The notes beneath the pieces were generated by a model. The model worked only from the letters and a program-made list of their open reading frames with translations, was not told where the DNA came from and ran no database searches. A program made the translations under genes and the position numbers. A stretch of DNA of 64,000 bases from Candidatus Latescibacterota bacterium (GTDB lineage: Bacteria; Latescibacterota; UBA2968; UBA8231), in the NCBI GenBank assembly GCA_963422735.1, contig OY730476.1, positions 1,856,001-1,920,000 on the forward strand. The letters are read 5' to 3'. Below, piece by piece: positions 40,330 through 49,993 of the stretch; position 1 is the first letter of the stretch; each line of letters opens with the position of its first letter.

Positions 40330-40381
40330 TTGGTTTTTGTCCTACTCTTGAGCGGCTTGGTTTTTGTTTTACTGTTGAGCG
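40330..40381. repeat. Two 25-bp direct repeats filling a divergent intergenic gap
   Basis: TTGGTTTTTGTCCTACTCTTGAGCG (40330-40354) and TTGGTTTTTGTTTTACTGTTGAGCG (40357-40381). Confidence 0.8.
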
Positions 40382-40395
40382 ATGAGGTATGTTTC

Positions 40396-41598
40396 TTGAA
40401 TGCACTACACCCCATAGGCGCGGTCTTGTTCTGCTGCGCGCTGGCCCTGCCCGCTTGGAGCGAGGATGCTGCCTATACGATGCGCGGCTTTGATGCGCGC
40501 ATTCAGCGGGGCATAGATCTGACCTACAATCTGCGCTTTGAGGAGGCCGAGCGCCACTTTCAGGCCATCGTCGCGGCCGAGCCGGACAACCCGCTCGGCT
40601 ACTTCTTTCGCGCGATGGTGTCTTGGTGGCGGATCCTCATAGATTTAGCCGACAAAACCCACGACGCGGAGTTCCACGCCCGGCTTCAGCAGTGCATTGA
40701 GGTCTGCGACCGGCGTCTTGCAAAAGACTCGATGGACTTCGACGCGATTCTCTTCAAAGGCGGTGCCATTGGTTTTCGCGGCCGCCTGTACGGCGACAGA
40801 GAACAGTACCTAAAGGCGGCGCGCGACGGGTTGCGCGGTCTGCCCCTCCTGAAGAAGAGCCGTCAGCTCGAGCCTACCAACAAGGACATCCTCTTTGGGC
40901 AGGGCCTGTACCACTACTTCGCCGAAGTCATGCCCCAACGCCACCGAATCCTCCGTCCGATTATGGCTTTTTTGCCCGACGGAGATCGCTTGCTGGGCCT
41001 CCAGCAACTCAAAGAAGTTGCTCGCGAAGGGGCCTACGCCCGCGCCGAGGCCGCCTATTTCCTAGGCCAGATCTACCGGATTTTTGAAAAGGATAATCGC
41101 AGAGCATTGCCCTATTTTGAGGAACTCTACACGCGTTACCCCGACAATGCGGTCTTCCACCGCTACGCCGCGCGGACTATGGTCGAACTCGGTCGCTGGC
41201 GATCAGGAGTGGCTTTGTACGAAGAATACGTGCGGCGCGGCTTGGCTAGCCAGACCGGCTATCACCGCCACGGCCGCTTGGAGGCGCATTATTACGTGGG
41301 CAAATACGCGTACTTCGAGCGGCGCTTTCCCGAGGCCGCTGACCACTTGGCGGCAACTGACAGCCTCGCCGCAGGTTCCGAGCGCAAGCGGGACCTAGCA
41401 TTTGCCGTACTGGCCAACCTGCTGCTCGGCCAAGTATGCGATCTAGAAGGGCGCCGCGAGGAAGCGATTCTCCGCTACCAGCGGGTGCGACGCTTGCCCG
41501 ACCACGCGGACAGCCACCAACGGGCGCAACTCTATCTGCATGTGCCCTATCGAGGGGACGCAAGTGGGGCGGTCAATCCTGTGCCTCCAACCGAATGA
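40396..41598 (+). CDS. Secreted tetratricopeptide-repeat protein
   Basis: Signal peptide (ALALPAWS), repeated TPR-like helices (EAAYFLGQIY, EAHYYVGKY, LLLGQVCD). Confidence 0.75.
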   Translation: MNALHPIGAVLFCCALALPAWSEDAAYTMRGFDARIQRGIDLTYNLRFEEAERHFQAIVAAEPDNPLGYFFRAMVSWWRILIDLADKTHDAEFHARLQQCIEVCDRRLAKDSMDFDAILFKGGAIGFRGRLYGDREQYLKAARDGLRGLPLLKKSRQLEPTNKDILFGQGLYHYFAEVMPQRHRILRPIMAFLPDGDRLLGLQQLKEVAREGAYARAEAAYFLGQIYRIFEKDNRRALPYFEELYTRYPDNAVFHRYAARTMVELGRWRSGVALYEEYVRRGLASQTGYHRHGRLEAHYYVGKYAYFERRFPEAADHLAATDSLAAGSERKRDLAFAVLANLLLGQVCDLEGRREEAILRYQRVRRLPDHADSHQRAQLYLHVPYRGDASGAVNPVPPTE

Positions 41599-43405
41599 CT
41601 TCCTCGTGGTACACTCGCATCAAATCTGAGTGCATCAGATAGCCCCAAAACTCGCCTTCCCCCTCGCCTGTGGTGTGCATCACGGGCAGCTTGTCGTAGC
41701 CAGAATCGAGCAGCTTTTGCAGGGCCTCGTGCAGGTTGTCCTCAGCGTCTATGGGCCGGACATCGTCGACGAGCATGTCCTCAATGAGGACTAGGTTGGA
41801 CAGCATCTCGTCTTCGGGCAGATCGAGGTCTTCAAGGCTGATCATCCCGCGCAAGCCGCCGTCGGCATCGGTGACGACAAAGTGCACGTGGCCCAGCTTT
41901 TTGCTCAAGGTGCTCAGGGAAAAGTAGGAAAGCCGATTGCTGACGATGGCCTCGGAGGTGTTTTTGAGGCGGGGAAATACTTCGCGGACTTGGAGATTGT
42001 GCAGCACATCGACGGTTAGGTCTTTGATATGGGCTGGGGAGTGGAACTTGTTTTGGACTTGGTTTTGGTAGATGGAAAAGTTGCGCGCGAAGATCAGCGC
42101 GAGGGCACTGACGACCATCAGCGGCGGCAGCAGGTGGTAGGAGCCGCTCATCTCGATGACGAGAATCAGGGCCGCTAGCGGCGTATTGGCCACCGCACCG
42201 AAGAACGAGGCCATGCCCACCACGATATAAGCGGCCGGTTGGTGGACGATGTGGGGAAAGTACTGCTGGCCCAGCAGGCCCACGGCACCGCCGAGCATCC
42301 CGCCGATAAAGAGCGAGGGACCGAAGACCCCGCCCGAGCCACCGCTGGAGATCGTGCAGCTAGAAGCGAGGATTTTGAGCAGGGCAAGGGCTAGAAAGGC
42401 GCGGATTCCGAGCTCTCCGTCGAGCCCCTGTTGGATGACGCCGAACCCATCGCTCAGCACTTGCGGGTCGATAAAGGCCACCAGCCCCACCAGCAAACCC
42501 CCGCAGCAGACGATCCCGTAGCGGGGCAGCGGCAGGTGGCCGAAGAGGGTGCGCGCAAGGCGCAGGGCCTTAACGTAAAAAATGCCGACCAATGCACATA
42601 AAAACCCCAGTACCAGGTAGAATATCAACTCGCGCACATCAGTGAACAGCAGGTCGGGCAGGGCGAAAATGTGCGAGAAGCCAAAGATGGCTATGTAGAG
42701 AGCATAGGCGACAAAGGAACTGATGACGCAGGGGATGAGCGCGTCGCTTTCAAAGTCTTCTCGGTAGAGTACTTCCACGCTGGCGATCGCAGCACCGAGG
42801 GGGGCGCGGAAAATGGCACCCAAGCCTCCGGCTGTGCCCGCCAACAACAAAATCCGCCGCTGGGCTACCGAGAGCTTGAGTTTGTCCCCGACCCAAGAGC
42901 CTAAGCCTGCGCCAATATGCACCAAAGGACCTTGCTGACCAGCAGCACCACCGGAGGCGAGCGTGATGATGGTCGCCAGGGCTTTGACCGGGGCGACGAT
43001 GGGGCGAATGTGGCCGCGCTGGTTGTGGAAGGCATCGATCGTGGCGTCGGTGCCCGCGCCTTGGGCTTCGGGCGCGAAGCGGTGAGTCAGGTAGCCGCTG
43101 AGCAGGCCACCCAGCGCCGGCAGCAACAGCAACAGCCACAAGTACTCGCCATAAGTGGGCGCGTCGAGGAAGGAGAAATCGAATAGAGCCTTGTTGTGAG
43201 GATGGAACTGGCGGTATCCAGCCAGTTTCTCGACTAGCAGGAACTTGGCCAGTTCGAGGCCATAAGTGAAGAGCACCGCTCCCAAGCCGGAAATCAGGCC
43301 GATCAGCGCACTGTAGAGATAGATGCGGGAGACGAACTCAAAGCCGAGCCAGTCGCGGAAGAAGCGGGCGGCTGGCCCCCGAGTCTCCGGGGCCGCTTCA
43401 GGCAT
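41573..43405 (-). CDS. CLC chloride channel/transporter family protein with CBS domains
   Basis: GAGTD, GQQGP (for GREGP), IFRAPLG, SGGVFGPSLFIG, CBS pair. Confidence 0.92.
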   Translation of the reverse strand: MPEAAPETRGPAARFFRDWLGFEFVSRIYLYSALIGLISGLGAVLFTYGLELAKFLLVEKLAGYRQFHPHNKALFDFSFLDAPTYGEYLWLLLLLPALGGLLSGYLTHRFAPEAQGAGTDATIDAFHNQRGHIRPIVAPVKALATIITLASGGAAGQQGPLVHIGAGLGSWVGDKLKLSVAQRRILLLAGTAGGLGAIFRAPLGAAIASVEVLYREDFESDALIPCVISSFVAYALYIAIFGFSHIFALPDLLFTDVRELIFYLVLGFLCALVGIFYVKALRLARTLFGHLPLPRYGIVCCGGLLVGLVAFIDPQVLSDGFGVIQQGLDGELGIRAFLALALLKILASSCTISSGGSGGVFGPSLFIGGMLGGAVGLLGQQYFPHIVHQPAAYIVVGMASFFGAVANTPLAALILVIEMSGSYHLLPPLMVVSALALIFARNFSIYQNQVQNKFHSPAHIKDLTVDVLHNLQVREVFPRLKNTSEAIVSNRLSYFSLSTLSKKLGHVHFVVTDADGGLRGMISLEDLDLPEDEMLSNLVLIEDMLVDDVRPIDAEDNLHEALQKLLDSGYDKLPVMHTTGEGEGEFWGYLMHSDLMRVYHEEVIRLEAQD

Positions 43406-43988
43406 GGGCGGTGGGCTGGCAAGTGGGGCTGACGGCCTGCCATTGGCGCAGGACCTCAAAGACGAGAACGGCGCTGGCTGCGGCGACATTGAGGCTGTTT
43501 TTGTAGCCGTACATGGGAATCTCAACCAGCTCGTCGCAGCACTCGAGCGCGGCGCAACTTACGCCAAGGGCTTCATTACCCACGATTAGGGCTAAAGGGC
43601 ACGGATAATACAACTCGGTGTAGCAGCGACTTTGCGACGTCGTCTCCAGTGCCCACACCAGCACTTGGCGAGCACGCAAGTGCTCAATGGCTTGTAGGGT
43701 GGTGGCGAAGTGACGAGTCTCTATGTACGAAAGGGTTCCCAACGCCGTCTTGTCGAGCTTGGGATGGGGCGGATGGGCCGTGTAGCCGCAGGTGTAGATG
43801 CCGCCGAGACGGCCCGCGTCGGCCGTGCGGAAAATCGAGCCAACATTGAAGGCGCTGCGCAAATTGTCGAGCACCAGATAGAGCGGGTGTTTAGGCAGGT
43901 GGGCGTATTCGTCGAGGGGCATCTCAGCGTCGAAAGTGCGGACCTCAAAGCTGGTCTCCTTGCCGTAGTTACCCGGCCGGAGTTTCAC
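43398..43988 (-). CDS. SpoU/TrmH family RNA methyltransferase
   Basis: LDNLRSAFNVGSIFRT, VGNEALG, IPMYGYKNSLNVA. Confidence 0.92.
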   Translation of the reverse strand: MKLRPGNYGKETSFEVRTFDAEMPLDEYAHLPKHPLYLVLDNLRSAFNVGSIFRTADAGRLGGIYTCGYTAHPPHPKLDKTALGTLSYIETRHFATTLQAIEHLRARQVLVWALETTSQSRCYTELYYPCPLALIVGNEALGVSCAALECCDELVEIPMYGYKNSLNVAAASAVLVFEVLRQWQAVSPTCQPTAHA

Positions 43989-45034
43989 CCGACTTCCTCC
44001 GGAGCTATGGGCCGCTGCTGGGCGGCGGAGAGCCGGGCGGCCTCCATGGCGACCATGGTCTGCCGCACACTCTGGGCGGTGACGGCCAGTGCGGCTCGGC
44101 CGGCTAGTGAATCGGCGATGTTTTCATAGTAGGAACGCCAGCGCCCAGGCGCAGTCTCAATGATGGTCTCCGCCATCCGGCTCGCCGCTGGCCTATAGAG
44201 GCGGGCGTAGTGTTCGGGTGCTTCTTCGGCCGCGTCGATATTGCCGGCAATCATGGCCTTTTCCTGCGGGTCAACGCCTTCTTTGACCAGTGCGCCTTCC
44301 GTACCCAGCACATACCAGCGCGGTTTGGCTTTGCGCGCCAGCGACGAGGTCTCCACGCGGGCTTCGACGCCGTTGGCAAAGTGGAGCACGGCCAGCGCGT
44401 GGGCCTCGACGTCGAGGCCGAGCGGGTCGCCGGAGTGGAAAGAGGCGTAAACCTTTGTGAGCGGCGCGTCGATAAGCTGGAGTGCTTGATCGACCAGATG
44501 GGCACCCAGATCGAAGAATTTGCCGCCGCCGTGCCGCGCTATGCTGCGCCAGCCGCGCGGGGGACCGTATTGGCCCCAGAACATTTCTAGCAAAAAGGGA
44601 TCGCCTAACAGCCCTTGGCCCAGCGCGTCTTTAACGGCGAGGAAATCGCCATCCCAGCGGCGGTTCTGGAAGACGCTGAGCAGGCGGTCGTGCGCTTGGC
44701 TGGCGGCGATCATCTGGTCGGCCTCGGCCATGCTCAAGCACATGGGCTTGTCGGTGACGACGTGTTTGCCGGCCGCTAGCGCTTGGATCGCATGCGGGGC
44801 GTGGAGGTCGTTGGGCGTGGCGAGGACGACTAGATCGACGGCTGGGTCGGCAAGCACTTCGTCGAAGTGGCGGAAGGTCTTTACCCCCAAGTCGCGCTGA
44901 ATCTGGTCGCGGGCCTGCGGCCGACTGGAGGCGATGCCGTAGAGATTCAGGCCGCTGGCCAGCCCCACTAGATAGGCGTGAAAGCAGCGGCCGGCAAAAC
45001 CATAACCGACGACGGCGACATTGGGTTTTTCCAT
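43985..45034 (-). CDS. Gfo/Idh/MocA oxidoreductase (IolW/YdgJ-like)
   Basis: VGYGFAG, GKHVVTDKP, VFQNRRWDGDF, DLGAHLVDQ. Confidence 0.9.
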   Translation of the reverse strand: MEKPNVAVVGYGFAGRCFHAYLVGLASGLNLYGIASSRPQARDQIQRDLGVKTFRHFDEVLADPAVDLVVLATPNDLHAPHAIQALAAGKHVVTDKPMCLSMAEADQMIAASQAHDRLLSVFQNRRWDGDFLAVKDALGQGLLGDPFLLEMFWGQYGPPRGWRSIARHGGGKFFDLGAHLVDQALQLIDAPLTKVYASFHSGDPLGLDVEAHALAVLHFANGVEARVETSSLARKAKPRWYVLGTEGALVKEGVDPQEKAMIAGNIDAAEEAPEHYARLYRPAASRMAETIIETAPGRWRSYYENIADSLAGRAALAVTAQSVRQTMVAMEAARLSAAQQRPIAPEEVG

Positions 45035-45072
45035 GGTTCTTACCTGACTGATGTTGTGCAGGTCTCGTGTTT

Positions 45073-45155
45073 CTGTCATGCTGACAAAGCATCTTTTACC
45101 CCTGAAGGGATCGGGGGTAGAAGATGCTTCGACTCCGCTATGCTCAGAATAACAG
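45073..45155. repeat. Degenerate palindromic REP-like repeat
   Basis: CTGTCATGCTGA...AAGCATCTTTTACCCC / GGGGTAGAAGATGCTTCGACTCCGCT...CTCAGAATAACAG. Confidence 0.55.
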
Positions 45156-45285
45156 GCGCATTATGCATTATAGTGCCTGTGTGCAACGTCAGTTATCTGA
45201 GTAAAAAGGGCGTTTTTGCAGCCGACAAATAGGCACTTATAGTAAGCGAAGTCAAAGGCTTGGGCAAGTTTTCAGGAGGAGTGCA

Positions 45286-45657
45286 ATGCGGATTCGGATT
45301 AGCTGGGATGATGGCGCGGTCGAAGCGGTTTTGGACGCTACGCCGACGGCCGAAAAGGTCTGGGCAGCCCTACCCTGCACCTCGACAGCGAACACTTGGG
45401 GCGAGGAAGTGTACTTCGAGCTACCCGTGCAGGCCGAGCTAGAATCCGACGCCCGTCAAGTCGTCGAAAAAGGCGCGGTGTGCTTTTGGATCGAGGGGCA
45501 ATCACTAGCCCTGCCCTACGGCCCGACCCCGATTTCCGCAGGCGACGAGTGCCGGCTGGTAAGCAAGGTCAATGTCCTCGGGCAAGTCGAAGGTGCGCCG
45601 CGGGCGTTGGCGGCGGTGCATACAGGCGCACCGATCCGGGTCGAACGCGTCGAATAA
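45286..45657 (+). CDS. Cyclophilin-like fold protein (DUF369 / TM1367-like)
   Basis: ALP..STANTWGEEVYF, VCFWIEG.SLALPYGPTP. Confidence 0.8.
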   Translation: MRIRISWDDGAVEAVLDATPTAEKVWAALPCTSTANTWGEEVYFELPVQAELESDARQVVEKGAVCFWIEGQSLALPYGPTPISAGDECRLVSKVNVLGQVEGAPRALAAVHTGAPIRVERVE

Positions 45658-45760
45658 TAGGGGACACTTTTTCCTCGCTTAGGTGTTATATATGGCACAC
45701 GGTCAATCGGGTGGACCCAACGTGGGGTCTTTATCCATGTCGCCGGCGCGAGGACAATGG

Positions 45761-47197
45761 ATGGAATCACTTATGCAGGGAAGCAGCAGATCGGTCTTCG
45801 GTCTCAGCGTCGTCCTGCTGCTCTTATTGAGCGGGTGCGGGGCCGCTTATTCGGGCTATGTGTCCCATTCGCTCAAACAGCTAGAAAAAGGCAACTACGA
45901 AGGGGCCCTCGGTAAGCTCGAAAAGCCCTCCGGCAAGACCAACAAGCTGCTCTACCACTTAGAAAAGGGGCTGATTTTGCACTATCAGGGCCAATACGAG
46001 GCGTCCAACTTGGAGTTTGCAGAGGCTGAGCGAGTGAGCGACTTGCTGTACACCCGCTCTGTCTCGCGCCACATCGCAGCTATGGTCTCCAACGACGCGA
46101 TCATCGCCTACCGCGGCGAGGAGTTTGAGCTAGCCCTGATTCACTACTACCGAGCGATGAACTACGCCCGGCTGGGCGATCGGCAGGCCGCGCTAGTCGA
46201 GTGCCGCAAGGCTAACCAGAAGCTCGAAGACTACGCTCAGCAAGCCGAATATGAACTGAGCTATAAGAACGACGCCTTTTTGCAGTACATGACCGGTCTT
46301 TTTTTTGAAGCCGAAGGCGAGTGGAACGATGCGTATATTTCCTACAAGGATGCCTTAAAGGGCTATCGTGCGTACGAGGCGGCCTTCGGCTTACAAGTGC
46401 CGCACATCTTGCTGATTGATCTGGCGCGGCTAGCCGGGCGCTTAGGCTACGAAGACGAAGTGCGAGAATACGTTGAGCGCTACCAGCTTGAGCCCGAGGA
46501 TCTCCAGTCGGTGTCTGGCGGCGAGATCGTAGTTTTCGTCGAGAGCGGCTTTGTGCCGCGCAAGCACCAAGTCGAATTCAATATGCCCATTATGGAAGGC
46601 GAAAAGGGTGTTAAGACGTGGACGGTGGCGGAGCGGGCCGTCCACCGCTACCACCATCCGCACACCTATCAGCGGCGCCGAGTAGATTACTGGCTCAAAG
46701 TGGCACTGCCCGAATACCGGGAGGTGTACTCGCAAGTGGCCGGGGTGCGGTTGCGGGCGGGCAACCAGAGCGCGACCGCAGCCCTGGGCGAGGACTTAGC
46801 GGCGATTGCCCAACAGACCTTTACTGAGAAGTTCGACTCGATCCTGCTGCGTGCCGTCGCTCGCAACTTGGTCAAGTATTTGGCGTCAAAAGGCATAGAA
46901 AAGGTATTTGAGGACGATGAGGACGATGAGGACGACTGGGCCAAAGAGGGAGTGGGCAAGGCCCTCGGCGGCTTGGTCAACCTCTTAGGTGCGGCGACTG
47001 AGGCGGCCGATACCCGAAGCTGGCTATCGCTGCCGCGCACCATCCACATCGCACGTCTGTCTGTGACCCCGGGTACGGCCACTCCAACTCTGGAGTTTAT
47101 CGATGCCCGAGGTCAGGCACTAGCCGTAGAGCCGCTGCCCGAGGTGGCGGTCGCGGCCGGAGAAAAGGTCTTCCTAAACTTTCGCACTTTTCGCTGA
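45761..47197 (+). CDS. COG3014-like TPR lipoprotein
   Basis: Lipobox LLSGC, YRGEEFE..LIHYY, ALVECRK, EAADTRSWLSLP. Confidence 0.8.
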   Translation: MESLMQGSSRSVFGLSVVLLLLLSGCGAAYSGYVSHSLKQLEKGNYEGALGKLEKPSGKTNKLLYHLEKGLILHYQGQYEASNLEFAEAERVSDLLYTRSVSRHIAAMVSNDAIIAYRGEEFELALIHYYRAMNYARLGDRQAALVECRKANQKLEDYAQQAEYELSYKNDAFLQYMTGLFFEAEGEWNDAYISYKDALKGYRAYEAAFGLQVPHILLIDLARLAGRLGYEDEVREYVERYQLEPEDLQSVSGGEIVVFVESGFVPRKHQVEFNMPIMEGEKGVKTWTVAERAVHRYHHPHTYQRRRVDYWLKVALPEYREVYSQVAGVRLRAGNQSATAALGEDLAAIAQQTFTEKFDSILLRAVARNLVKYLASKGIEKVFEDDEDDEDDWAKEGVGKALGGLVNLLGAATEAADTRSWLSLPRTIHIARLSVTPGTATPTLEFIDARGQALAVEPLPEVAVAAGEKVFLNFRTFR

Positions 47198-47210
47198 GGA
47201 GCAAAAAGTC

Positions 47211-48047
47211 ATGTACGTCAAATTATGGATAGCCGCGCTGGCGTTGGTGCTGCCGGCCGCGGCGCAGCAGAGCACACCGGCGGCAGATCGGGCCACGGAC
47301 CCACTGGCCGAAGGGGCGATCTTCAATATCGTCGATTGGGACGGCGGCCAGCTACCCAAGCGCTACGAGCGGTCGGACCAACTGCCGATGAGCCTCGACG
47401 ACGTGCGCAAGCTGAGCGCGAACAAGTTCAGCACCGCGACGATTATCAAGATGCTCGAGCAGCGGCGCTGTGTCTGCGATGCCTCGGTGGATAAGTTGGT
47501 CGCCTTGAAGGAAGCCGGCGTCGCCGAGCAGGTGATCGATGCGGTATCGCTCCACGCGCTGCCGCCCAACCGCTCGTTCGGGCTGACGATCTCCCTCGAC
47601 TTCGAGGGATTGGGCGGCGCGGCCGCAGTATCGACGCAGGCGCGCAAGGGCTATCTCTATTTGATCGTGCCCGACGGCGACAAGGAGCGGGTCTTTATCG
47701 GCAACTTGCAGGCGATCCTCGCCGGCCGCTGGCAGCGCGATGCGCTGATCGACAACACCGATCTGCTGCTGCCCAAAAAGGTGCGGCGCGTGACCTTTGC
47801 CTCCGAGGTTCCGCTCAAGACCTACGGCCGCAAGAAGGCCCTAGTGTTTACCTCGACCAAACCGGATATCTACACTTCAGCCGATATTCCCGAGGCGGAC
47901 CGGGCAGGGGTGCAGGAGTTCGAGTTCGAGTACCCAGCCGCGTCGCTAGAGCGCCAATGCAGTCTCCAGGTGCTCTACCGGCAGGACGCGATGTTGGCCA
48001 ACCGCTGGCACTTAGTGCGCACCCATTTCCAGTGCGAATGGGATTGA
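47211..48047 (+). CDS. Secreted hypothetical protein
   Basis: GAGGAG RBS, signal peptide, helical motif LVALKEAGVAEQVI; operonic. Confidence 0.75.
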   Translation: MYVKLWIAALALVLPAAAQQSTPAADRATDPLAEGAIFNIVDWDGGQLPKRYERSDQLPMSLDDVRKLSANKFSTATIIKMLEQRRCVCDASVDKLVALKEAGVAEQVIDAVSLHALPPNRSFGLTISLDFEGLGGAAAVSTQARKGYLYLIVPDGDKERVFIGNLQAILAGRWQRDALIDNTDLLLPKKVRRVTFASEVPLKTYGRKKALVFTSTKPDIYTSADIPEADRAGVQEFEFEYPAASLERQCSLQVLYRQDAMLANRWHLVRTHFQCEWD

Positions 48048-48061
48048 AAGGAGCTTATGCA

Positions 48062-48658
48062 ATGAGACACTACGTTTTCGCGGCAATCGCCTTGGCCTTG
48101 GGGCTTGCCGCCTGTGGCGGCCCGAGGGCCTTTACCAAGGGCCAGTACGGAGATCCAGAAGAAATCTCCATGCTCGACGACAAGTGGAACCAGAACGACA
48201 TGCAGCTAGTCGCCAAGAAGATGATCAACTCGATGGAGGTCTGGTCGGATGCCCGGGCGCTGGCTGAAAAGCCGATTGTCATCTTGGAGATGCCGCGCAA
48301 CAAGACCACCGAGCACATCGACATGCAGGCACTGTACGACCACGTCAAGACCGCGCTCATCCAGAGCGGGCAGTTTACGTTCCTCGACAAAGCCGCGCGG
48401 CGAGAGATCGCCCAAGAGTACGAGTACCAAGGCTCGGGTTACGTGCGTCCGGAGGAGGCCGAGGGGCCGGGCAACCAGCGCGGCGCACGCTTCTTGCTCG
48501 GTGGAGTCATCACCTCGACCGTGCAGCAGGTGGGCAAAAATAAGGTCATCTACTACAAGGCGACCTTTGAGCTGACCGACATCTCGACTACCGAGATCGT
48601 CTGGACCGACCAGAAAGAAATCACCAAGCACTTCCAGAAAAAGAGCATCGGCTTCTAG
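48062..48658 (+). CDS. lpoB: LpoB-like (PBP activator family) lipoprotein
   Basis: Lipobox LAAC, RNKTTEHID, GQFTFLD, LTDISTTEIVW....I.K. Confidence 0.8.
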   Translation: MRHYVFAAIALALGLAACGGPRAFTKGQYGDPEEISMLDDKWNQNDMQLVAKKMINSMEVWSDARALAEKPIVILEMPRNKTTEHIDMQALYDHVKTALIQSGQFTFLDKAARREIAQEYEYQGSGYVRPEEAEGPGNQRGARFLLGGVITSTVQQVGKNKVIYYKATFELTDISTTEIVWTDQKEITKHFQKKSIGF

Positions 48659-48674
48659 GAAAGGAGCACGGAGC

Positions 48675-49211
48675 ATGAGACGCATTGCACTGATTGCCCT
48701 GCTGGCACTGGCCGTTGGGGCGCAGGCCGCGACGCCGGGGCGCACCGACGGCCCTGAAGGCCGCGAGTACGGCAAGGGCGGCTACCATCACAAGACCCAG
48801 TACGGCCGCTTCTACACCGAGGGCTTTTTGGGCGCGGCGATGGTGGAAAGGGACCTTGGGGGGGACGAGACCGATCTCATTTCGGGGCTTAACGTCGGCT
48901 ACATGGTCGAGGAATGGCTGGCCTTCCAGCTAGGATTCGCCCGCATATTGGACCAAGACATTAACCTCTATGCAGGCGGGGTGCGTTCAGCCCACGTCAA
49001 TCGGCCGTTCAACTACTATTTTTTGCTCGACGCCGAGCTATACTCGCCTGAGATCGGCGACACTCGCTTCGGAATCGCCCCGGGAGTTGGGGCCGAGGTG
49101 ATTATAAGCGACCGTCTGCGGGCGGGCTTGCGCTTCCAACGCGACTTTATCTTTGCCGACGATATGATCCACATCAGCCGCTTCACGGCGAAGATACAGG
49201 TGGATTTTTAG
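48675..49211 (+). CDS. Small outer-membrane beta-barrel protein
   Basis: Signal peptide, alternating amphipathic strands, C-terminal Phe. Confidence 0.7.
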   Translation: MRRIALIALLALAVGAQAATPGRTDGPEGREYGKGGYHHKTQYGRFYTEGFLGAAMVERDLGGDETDLISGLNVGYMVEEWLAFQLGFARILDQDINLYAGGVRSAHVNRPFNYYFLLDAELYSPEIGDTRFGIAPGVGAEVIISDRLRAGLRFQRDFIFADDMIHISRFTAKIQVDF

Positions 49212-49749
49212 AGCATGTCGCGTTGGTTTGCACAAATCGCAGTCAGTGAGCCCGGAAAGATCCTTCTCTGCTCACATTGCAGGGAGATTATCGCCCTCTG
49301 CCAACGTTCGCCATCTGTCAGCTAGTCGATCTGGAAAGAGAGTCCCTTACGCGGCAAGTCGGAGCCCACGAATACTAATCGCGCTTTATCTCCTATAATT
49401 GGTTTCACAACCGTCTCAGGACAACCAACAGACAGGCGAGATTAACAAAGGCTTGATACCTTTCAATTCAATGCGGTGGACGTATAGGAGGGCCGGTCTG
49501 GATTTCGAGCCGCGCAGACCCTAGGCCCCAGCGGTTTGGCGAGCCGCTTCGCACACATTGTCACCGGCGACTAAGTCGCCTTGGGCAAACCAGCCCCGCC
49601 CGCCGTTTGGGTTTGCCTCCGGCTGCTTGTATCGCCCTAGAGGATTCGGAAGCCGGGGCCCAAGCGTACAAAATCCTGTCCTCGCTGCATCAAGCAGCTC
49701 CTTTGATTGCCGTCTTGCTGGCGCGCTAAACGGAAATGGCTCGTAGGGC

Positions 49750-49959
49750 TTAGGCTTGAGCCGCCTCGGCCTGGTACCACACAGATACGACTGTCCTTGC
49801 TGGCTCCAGGCTGCCACCGCACGACGACTGCTTGATGTTCGTAATCCGAATATTGGGATTTGCACGAAGCCACGAATTGATATCCTGCTCAAGGTCAGAG
49901 GAAGCCTTGGTGATCGGACTAAAGTAACCCTCTCGCATTACAAATATCTTTACTAACAT
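49750..49959 (-). CDS. Small hypothetical protein
   Basis: AAGGAG RBS; MLVKIF...LEQDINSWL..NPNIRI..IKQS...SVWY. Confidence 0.65.
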   Translation of the reverse strand: MLVKIFVMREGYFSPITKASSDLEQDINSWLRANPNIRITNIKQSSCGGSLEPARTVVSVWYQAEAAQA

Positions 49960-49993
49960 GTCGTCGCTCCTTCAGCGCAAAACGCGAATAGAT

